Shown piece by piece: positions 56,051 through 64,000 of a DNA stretch of 64,000 nucleotides. The notes under the pieces were generated by a model. It was not told where the DNA came from and ran no database searches. It was given only the letters and a program-made list of their open reading frames with translations. Source of the DNA: Ministeria vibrans ATCC 50519. Its lineage: Eukaryota > Protista > Filasterea. Positions within the stretch are counted from its first letter, which is position 1; every line of letters begins with the position of its first letter. The translations under genes were made by a program, and so were the position numbers. The DNA is taken from assembly GCA_943704425.1 (NCBI GenBank), contig CALSCP010002457.1:38103-102102 (forward strand), in the 5' to 3' direction.

Positions 56051-56128
56051 ATCAATAATTTTGTAATTTGTAACTCTGTGTGTTGTGAATCGATATTCGA
56101 TGATCGAATCTCAAATTCAATCTTTTAC

Positions 56129-57314
56129 ATGAATCTTCGCTCCTTCCTCCTCTGCGGCCTGCCGGTTGTGTTCGCTGTCGCCACGGACTCCAGTGTCACC
56201 TTTGAGTCTGTAGGGGACTGGGGTTTGGACAATGCTGCGCTGCATGCCGTCTCCCACTCGATGGCGACCGTCGCACGAGCAGAGAACATCTCCTTTGTCA
56301 TTTCCGTCGGAGACAACTTCTACGAGCAGGGCGTCGCCTCAACGACCGATCCTCTGTGGACAACAGTCTTTGAGAACAACTTTAACGACACGTCGCTCTT
56401 CTGCCCATGGAAGGTAGCACAATAATCAATCTATTCATTTCATTTCATCCCTCTCACATACATTTTCTGTCCCTCTCACTCCCACTTACCTTTTTCTAAA
56501 AGGTGATCCTTGGAAATCACGGACACTACACCTCGCCGTATGCTCAAATCGAATACTCGCAAATTTCCGAACGGTGGGACATGCCCGACTACTGGTTCAA
56601 CTACACTGTGCGCATTGACGACGACACCACCATCGACTTCTTCTTCTTCGACACCCTCCTCGCCCTCGAATACGACGAGCCCATTTGGTGGTGGCTGGAC
56701 GAAGTGCTGCCCGCCAGCAATGCCACGTATCTTATTGTGGTGGGTCACTACCCAGTGTACAGCGGAGTACGAGATGAATACGACTTGTGTTGTGTATTCT
56801 CGAATCGTATCTCATGCTCCCCATTCAAAACAAAAAAAAACAATGTGTGTAGGGCGAACATGGGCACACGCCTGGACTTGTCTCACGCCTGGCACCTCTC
56901 ATGGAGAAGTACTCGGTGGACATGTATCTCTCGGGCCACGACCACACTCTCCAGCACATCCAGCGTGGCACTGTCGACTACGTCGTGACCGGCTCGGGCG
57001 CCAAGTCGGGCACAGTGCATCACGTTGACGGAATGCAGTTTGGCGTGACCACCAATGGTTTTACACTGCACCGTGCTACCAATGAATCACTCACGACCAC
57101 CTTCTACTCGGGCACTGGCGATGAGCTCTACTCCTTCACCCGTCTGCGCCAGCGCACTCCCGGACCGCGTCCCGCGCCCCAGTCCAACTCATCTACACCC
57201 ATCATCATTGCAATCTCTTGTGTTGCCGTAGCGCTCCTTGTTCTCGTTGCCGTTGCTGTGGGTGTCATTTTGCGCCGTCGCAAACGTCTTCGTCGCTACC
57301 ACACAGTTGATTAA
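56129..57314 (+). CDS. Purple (tartrate-resistant-type) acid phosphatase with C-terminal TM helix (3 exons)
   Basis: Signal peptide, GDWG, GDNFY, GNH, GHYP, SGHDH, TM IIIAISCVAVALLVLVAVAVGVIL and a basic tail. Confidence 0.9.
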
Positions 57315-57381
57315 AAATTATTAATAGTTGATATAAGTATTGAGTAATTACTAAGAATTAAGAAATTTTTCCGCTCTTTTC

Positions 57382-57933
57382 ATGCGCTTGTACGCCTGCG
57401 CCGTGCCATTTGTCATCCTTGCTGTAATCGGATTCGGTTTGCTCGATGGCGCGTCGGCGAGCACGGCCGTCGCGTGCTCTGATCTGTGGGCGGGCCAGTA
57501 CACCTGCGAAGTGGCGCCAATCGACCCTACGACGCAATCCCAGCGCGGCTGCCAACCCGACGACACGGTAATGGTTCCATGTACGACTGTGCCGGGCGTC
57601 CGCTGCGTCAATGCCACCACCAACACCACATCTGCCGGCTCAACCTTTGCGCGCCAAGTGCCCTGCCGCTACACCGCCGGCACGCGCTTCGACGTGGCCC
57701 TGTGCCTTTCTGTCTTTGGCGGCTTCCTCGGTCTCGACCGCTTCTACCTTGGCTACCCCTTTCTCGCGCTCTTCAAACTGTCGACAATGGGCTTTTTCAC
57801 TCTGTTCTGGCTGTACGACATTATCTTCATTGCCTCACAAGCACTCGAACCCGCCGACGGCTCCCACTACGTCGTCCCCTACTATTCCATCCAACATCAT
57901 GTTACCGCCAACAGCGAGACCATTGTAGTCTAA
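57382..57933 (+). CDS. TM2 domain-containing protein (TM2D1-like)
   Basis: Signal peptide, CSDLWAGQYTC..IDPTTQ..GC, PCRYT, ALCLSVFGGFLGLDRFYLG, PADGS. Confidence 0.9.
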   Translation: MRLYACAVPFVILAVIGFGLLDGASASTAVACSDLWAGQYTCEVAPIDPTTQSQRGCQPDDTVMVPCTTVPGVRCVNATTNTTSAGSTFARQVPCRYTAGTRFDVALCLSVFGGFLGLDRFYLGYPFLALFKLSTMGFFTLFWLYDIIFIASQALEPADGSHYVVPYYSIQHHVTANSETIVV

Positions 57934-58061
57934 AGCTTATGTTTTGTATTTTTTTGTACATTGTACATCGTTTCGCGATGATTAAAAGTTTTAAAATATG
58001 TTCAATAAATTTGATTTGAAGCTTCCAAAGAGTCGTGTGTGCATTAGGCTGGTTGTCAAGA

Positions 58062-58606
58062 ATGCTTCGAATGACATTTGTGGTCGCAGGGCAGCGGCTA
58101 TCGCGCCCGATTGCCGTCGCCGGCAGTCGAGTGATGATGATGCGCGCGCCTCGTCCCTTGGCCCTGGCACGCCGTCGGTTTGCGACGGACGCCAACCCAC
58201 CGGCGGCCAAGGTCGAGTCGGCAGCCAAGCCGGCGTCTGAGATGCGGCCGTCGTCCAGCGAGTCGCTCGCAAAGGCCGCATTGGCACAGTCGTCGTCGAC
58301 AGTCAGCTCTGTCGCCGCTGAGACGCCCGCCGCGTCGGTGCCCGCCGCTGTCGAGCTCTCCCGGTTCGCCAAGGTCAAGAAGACCATAGTCGACGGCGCG
58401 AAGCACACCTGGACCGGATTTAAGTTGTTCGGCACCGAATTGAGAATATCAACGCGTCTCCTCGGTCGCGTCATTCTCGGCTACCCTCTGACACGCCGCG
58501 AACGCCGCCAAATGGAACGCACCGTCGGCGACATCTTCCGCCTGATCCCCTTCTCCATCTTCATCATTGTTCCTTTCCTCGAGTAAGAATGACTAAACCC
58601 CCTTTT

Positions 58607-58648
<42 letters not shown>

Positions 58649-61036
58649 CTCACAACTGCACATCTTTACTGTGTTCATTATTAATAATATTATTAATTTC
58701 CCTTTGTTTCCTCTCTCTCTATCACTTTGTTTTTTCTCCCTCCCCTCCTCACCCTCTCTCTCTCTCTCTCTCTCTCATAGATTTGCACTTCCAATTGCGC
58801 TGAAACTCTTCCCTGGTATGCTACCGTCGACATTTCGTGATGGGGGCACCAAAGAGGAGAATCTCAAGCGCAATCTGCGGGGCCGCATTGAGCTGGCTAA
58901 GTTCTTTGGTGATACCGTGGCCAACATGGACGCAGCGGAAGCCAAGAAGAAGAAGAAGACGGACGCCGGTGACGAGGATCTCACTATTCGCGACTTGAAG
59001 GAGTTCATTGCATCGGTACAACTCATATTATTTTTGTTCTTTCTCTCAATCTCGATCTCGATATCTCTCATATACCCCCAATTTTTTGTAGAAGCGAAGT
59101 GATCAAGGGGCCATCAAGGACCCAACCCAACACCGCGACGAACTCATTCGCTTCACGCGTCTCTTTGAGAACAAACTCACGCTCGAACATCTCTCCCGTC
59201 AGCAGCTCATCTCTCTCTGCAAACTTCTTCAAATCTCTCCCATGTAATATATACTGTGTCAGTTCGATTGATGTGTATTCAATGCCTCCGTTTTTTGTAG
59301 TGCTGCGACAGCCTTTTTGCGCTTTCAACTGCGCATCAAACTCCGCAGTCTGCGTGCCGACGACATTGTAAGAGAAAAAAAAACATTCCCACGATCTAAC
59401 AATATTGTAAAAAAAATTGCCATACTTTTTAGTTGATTGAGGCGGAAGGACTGTCACGATTGAACAACGAGGAACTCCAAAAGGCGTGCGAGGTAAGCGC
59501 GTTGTGTGTGAGAGAGAGAGTGGTGTGTGGTGTGTCTTTGTTTGTATATCTTTGTGGTGTGTCTTTGTTTGTGTGCTAATTGTGGTGTGTCTTTGTTTGT
59601 ATGCATTTGTGGTGTGCCTTTTTTTGTCTTTTTGGTGTGTGTGTGTGTGTGTGTGTTTTTCCCCCTTTATATATATTTCTCACCCTACTTAGTCACGAGG
59701 AATGCGAGCGTACGGTGTGTCGCGTGAGCGTCTGGAGCACCAACTGCGCGTCTGGCTTGACTTGCATCTCAAGGACAATGTGCCGTCGTCGCTTCTGCTT
59801 CTGAGCTCGGCCATGTCGCTGCCCGCGGAGATGCCCGCCGAGCAGCGTCTTGAGGAGGCTATGCGACGTCTGCCGACCGATATTGTTGAGGAGGCCGACC
59901 TCGCCGAGAAGAAGCAGTTGGGTCAGGCTGACAACGAGGCTCGCTTGGCCTCGGTGCAGCGAGAAGAACGCCTCATTGCCGAAGAAATGGCCGAGAACGA
60001 GCTCAAGGCGGAGAAGAAGAAGCAAAAGGAGCTGTTGATCAAGCAGCAACAAGAAGAAGAGGAAGCAGCAGCAGCAGCAGCAGAAGCAGCAACGGCAACA
60101 ACAACATCAGCGGCAGTGGAGGAGGCGATCACATCCGCCTCACCCGATGTGCTGGCAACCGCTGCGTCCGAGATGAAGACGACCGCCTCCGAAGATGTGC
60201 GCACGGTTGTTGCAGAGGCACGTACTGACAGCAGTGCTCCCCCAACAACTACAGCCGTAGAGCTGCCGGATGCACAAACGGTGATTGACACGGCAGTCAA
60301 GAAGGAGACGACGACCAAGGAGGAGGAGGATTACATCACGCACGAAGAGATGGCTGCCATTGGCGATGCCGTGTCGGCGCTCAAGACCAAGACAAAGCTG
60401 TCGGTGGAGCGCGTTGACCTGTCCATGCTCATTGCCGAGCAAGAGGAGCGAAAGGAGGTAAAGTTACAAAAAAGGAAGACAGGACTCTTTATTCATACGC
60501 TGTTTTAGGCACTCTCGAATGCTGCTACCTATGCGTCTGAGCTGCGTGAGACGGCAGGCAGTAAGCGACTGGGCAAGCGAGTTGACAAGATGATCCAGCG
60601 ACTCGAGCAGGAGCTGGCGCACGTCGATAAGGGTAAAGAAGAAGAGGATAGACAAGAGGGTTGTTGTACTAATAATGATGGATAATTTCATAATTTTATA
60701 GGGATTGAAAGTATGCGATCGGCGGACAGTGAGGAGATTGATGTGAATTGCGATGGAAAGGTCGATGCGGACGAAATGATGCGGGCGATGAAGCTGCTCA
60801 AGGACTCGCCGGACGCAAGCAAGACAAAGCGTCTGGTGGAGTTTTTGGATACGGACAAGGATGGCGAGGTGAAGATTGAAGAGCTCATTGGTGTGGTGGA
60901 GCTTCTGGAGGAGGAGGACGCCGATGTGACTCCCGAGCATATCACGGAGATTCTCGACTTGCTCAAGAAGGAGTCGCTGGTCAAGTCGGGGGTGCACAAG
61001 TATATTCGAGAGAATTTGGAGACAAAAGAAGAATGA
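58062..61036 (+). CDS. LETM1: Mitochondrial LETM1 with C-terminal EF-hands (multi-exon)
   Basis: Arg-rich presequence, KHTWTGFKL, LTRRERRQ..RTVGDIFRLIPFSIFIIVPFLE|FALP..KLFPGMLPSTF, QLRVWLDLHL, EF-hands DVNCDGKVD and DTDKDGEVK. Confidence 0.95.
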
Positions 61037-61361
61037 AAACAATGTTGTCTTCGTGAAATAATCACTGCGGAGCATTTCTTACACACGCGAAGACCATTTG
61101 AGTACCGTGTTTTGAAAAGATGTGAAAGAAAGGCGTACTAGAACAAACGCTGTTTTAAGACTGCGGTCGAATTTATTAAGAAAATAAATAGAGAATCGAG
61201 AGCTGTACTCAATGTCAAAACAAAGCTACAATATACAAAACAAAGAGCAGCACAATACTTCCGGCCGTAGACTTCCAGACGAGAATGTCCCGAAAGAAGC
61301 CCATAAACCCACTGGTATTATTATTATTATTATTATTATTATCATTATTATTATTAAAATA

Positions 61362-61433
61362 AATTCGACTCAGTCGGACGACTTTTCGAACTCGACTCAG
61401 TCGGACGATTTTCCAAGTCGACTGAATGAGTCA
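61362..61433. repeat. 27-bp tandem duplication (TCGACTCAGTCGGACGA core) upstream of the dynamin-like gene
   Basis: Two near-identical copies starting near 61365 and 61392, followed by GTCGACTGA and TGAGTCA. Confidence 0.8.
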
Positions 61434-61506
61434 CCTAAATAAATTATAAAAATTAGCTTATTTAGCACTTTTTTTCTCTCTCTCCCACTTCTCTCTTGCT
61501 GCCGCA

Positions 61507-63890
61507 ATGCTTGATCCCGCAAGCATCACTGCTGAAAGTGCTTCAGCTCTGCTTATCTCGGAGAATACCTCGCGTGAGGACATTTCCCTTGCAATTCACG
61601 TTTCGTTAATTCGCTCGGGACGAACCAATCCGTCGACCGGAAACGATCTCGCCGATGACGCCAATTCCTGGCTTGTCCTTCTCGTCAGCGCATGCGCGTC
61701 CGAACAATCTCCTGTCCCTCGCATTCTGGGCCGGATGGAGGACCGTGAGCTTGCCTTTGCCAACTTGAGTTACCGCTTGGACTTGGACGAATACAATTTT
61801 GGTCTGGCAGTCTCACTCACCAGCGCCATCGTGGCCGCCAACCCTGCGAAGGCGACGCTTGAGTTTATCGTGTCGTCGTCGTACGATGAGCAGTCCTACT
61901 TGCGCAAGCGGCTGGCTGTCGAGGTCGCTCGCAGCAACCGCAATTTGCCCAAAGAGACTATTGCCGCCCTCACTGGACACGCTCTCATGAAGCCCGACGA
62001 GGCACCCTCGGCTCCTGTGAATTCGCATACCCCTATCTTTAAAATCTATCTGGCTCCAGTTGAGGCCGCCGACGCCAACGCCGAGAAAAAGCATCAGCGC
62101 CAAACTGAGGAGTTGGTCAAGATGATCAACGACATCCCGACCAACGCCGATCCCTCAACTCTTCCTATCGGGCAACGATTGCTTGATTACCACGCCCTGA
62201 CACGTCAGATTATCCAGAGGAGCCGCGAAGAGCTGGACCGCATTACCCTCCGGTCGACCAACCTGGGCATGCTTGCGAAGCTGCGTTCGCTGGCGCAGAC
62301 GGAGGAGCGTACAGAACAGGAGCATGCGCTCGTGGAACGTGTGGCGCAGATCCTGCGCTTCCACTCGTTACTTCATGTTGTGGAAAAGGGGCTTGCTGTG
62401 GCGTTTGACTCGGGTATGTCGCTGGCCGGTACTGCCAGCATCCGTCGCGAGTACATCGAGGCATGTCGGGCTATCGTGTCGGAGTTGTCTCTTGACCTTA
62501 AGATTGCTGTTGCGGGCATTCTCAACGCTGGCAAAAGCACATTTCTTAACACGCTTGTGTCAATGCAGCGCCCCATTTGCCCGACGGACGATCATGCAGC
62601 GACGTATTTCCCAACCGGATTTACCCACACTCCGGGCCAGCGCGAACCTATCCTCAAACTGCCCATGGCTGCCCAACTCAATGCGGCTGCTCTGGCTCTG
62701 AGTCGCCGTCTGAAACGATTCGAGTGTGTACGTGAATTTTACAACGACATTGTGTGTCTTCAACAGCAGCTACAACAGCAGTTGCAGCAAGAGGCAGAGG
62801 ACCATGCGAAGAAATCCCGCGTGGTCAAGATGATCAGCAGCGCTCCTCCTTCACTGGACATGCAGTTGATTCTCGACCCCGAGCGTTTTGGTGTTGACCC
62901 TTTGGAGCCATCTGTTGACTTGTTCGGTGTGCAGTACTCCTCATCGATTCAACGACTCATGTTCAATCCTGATGAAAATTTGTTCCAGTCCGAGGTCACC
63001 GGATACGATGATGTGGTGGACAAGATGAACGCACTCAATTTCCTTCTGCGGCTCTCCACTCACCGCTATCTTCAGCACACCTTCTTGGAAGACAGTGTCT
63101 CACTGGCTGTTGACGCTTGCCAGGCCCTACCACCTTCTGCGCAAGAGGACGCCATGGCAACTCCCAAGTTTGATCTGCTTCCCGAAGACCAGCTGGTGAT
63201 TGACCGAGACTTTAAGAACATCGACGACCTCTCGTCTCTGCCCCACGTCTTTATGGAGTTTTCCAGCCTTCGTCACGATATGACATTTACAGGCACTCTT
63301 ACCTTCTATGACACACCTGGATCTCGGGAAGGTGCCAACAGACACCTGGCAGCCTTGTCGAAGAACACCATCCGCCGTTGCAAACGAACGCTCATGTGCG
63401 TACGATGCTCGGACTACCAGAACGAGGTGCACAAGACTCTGATGAACGACCTATCAAGCGCTTACTCGAACATGTGTCTATCGGAAGAGGACACAGCGCG
63501 TCGTGAGAAGGAGGCAAGAGCTCGTGTGGAGCCGGTCTTTACCATGTTCGATCAGCAGGACAAGTCGCAGACGCGGGCGAAGAGAATGAGCACAATGACA
63601 ACAGAATTTAACAAAAAGCCGGGCGAGTGCACTGCAGTGAGTGCACGTCTTGCCAGTTTGGGCTATCGCATGCAAGAATTGCTTTCAAGGCATCCAGATG
63701 GTCTGACGGAGGAGCTGTTTGAGGGCGACGACGGCGTCTGGCTATTGACTTTTTTCAAGGAGGCCTTTGGCGAGGTCGACTTGGACGAGGTGTTGGCCTT
63801 GTCGGTTGAGGAGGTGAAGAAGAAGGCTGACCGTCTAATTCACCGATCGTACATCACCGAGCCCATCAAACGATTTGTAGAGGAGTCAAG
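61507..63890 (+). CDS. Dynamin-like GTPase resembling bacterial CrfC/YjdA; exon 1, probably continuing beyond the window
   Basis: G1 AGILNAGKSTFLN, G2 region AT..PT..THTPGQREP, G3 DTPG, G4-like TMFD. A likely donor gtatga at 63891 is followed by a pyrimidine-rich intron. Confidence 0.82.
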
Positions 63891-64000
63891 GTATGATTGT
63901 TGTAGTTGAGAACTGGACAGCATGAAAGGATTAACTGTCTTATTCTCTTCTTTTCTGCTTTCTTTGATATTATTACCTTTGTTTTTTCCTGTTATTTTCT

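Noticed and set aside
61362-61433. Direct repeats as a CRISPR array
   Set aside because: Only two adjacent copies, no unique spacers, no cas genes, and a eukaryotic context.

Overview
Gene-dense eukaryotic nuclear DNA with GC-rich exons, short AT-rich GT-AG introns often filled with (GA)n/(CT)n/(GT)n microsatellites, intergenic spacers of about 30-560 bp, and three assembly gaps. A clear Runt domain in such a compact genome suggests a unicellular holozoan (animal relative); this is an inference. About 20 protein genes can be built by splicing: a ZNF106-like WD40/C2H2 protein with a J-domain, a 5'-nucleotidase, a giant VPS13D-like protein, a ~3,400-aa mosaic surface protein, UBE2C, an arylsulfatase, a Runx-like factor, a LIM protein, DDX23/Prp28, a GH3 beta-glucosidase, a PIG-L/LmbE deacetylase, ARF, a vanin-like amidohydrolase, a membrane purple acid phosphatase, a TM2D1-like protein, LETM1 and a dynamin-like GTPase. 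An SRP (7SL) RNA gene lies on the minus strand. Top observation: spliced exons that the ORF track does not join give a Runt DNA-binding domain fused to an IPT/TIG domain and ankyrin repeats, with no WRPY tail. This resembles NF-kB p105/CAMTA/Spt23 architecture built on a Runx core. Also notable: VPS13D carrying about six extra tectonin-like beta-propellers, a eukaryotic homologue of bacterial CrfC/YjdA dynamin, and a PAN/RCC1 receptor grafted on a Bacteroidetes-like module. Family assignments come from motif recognition by eye; no searches were run.
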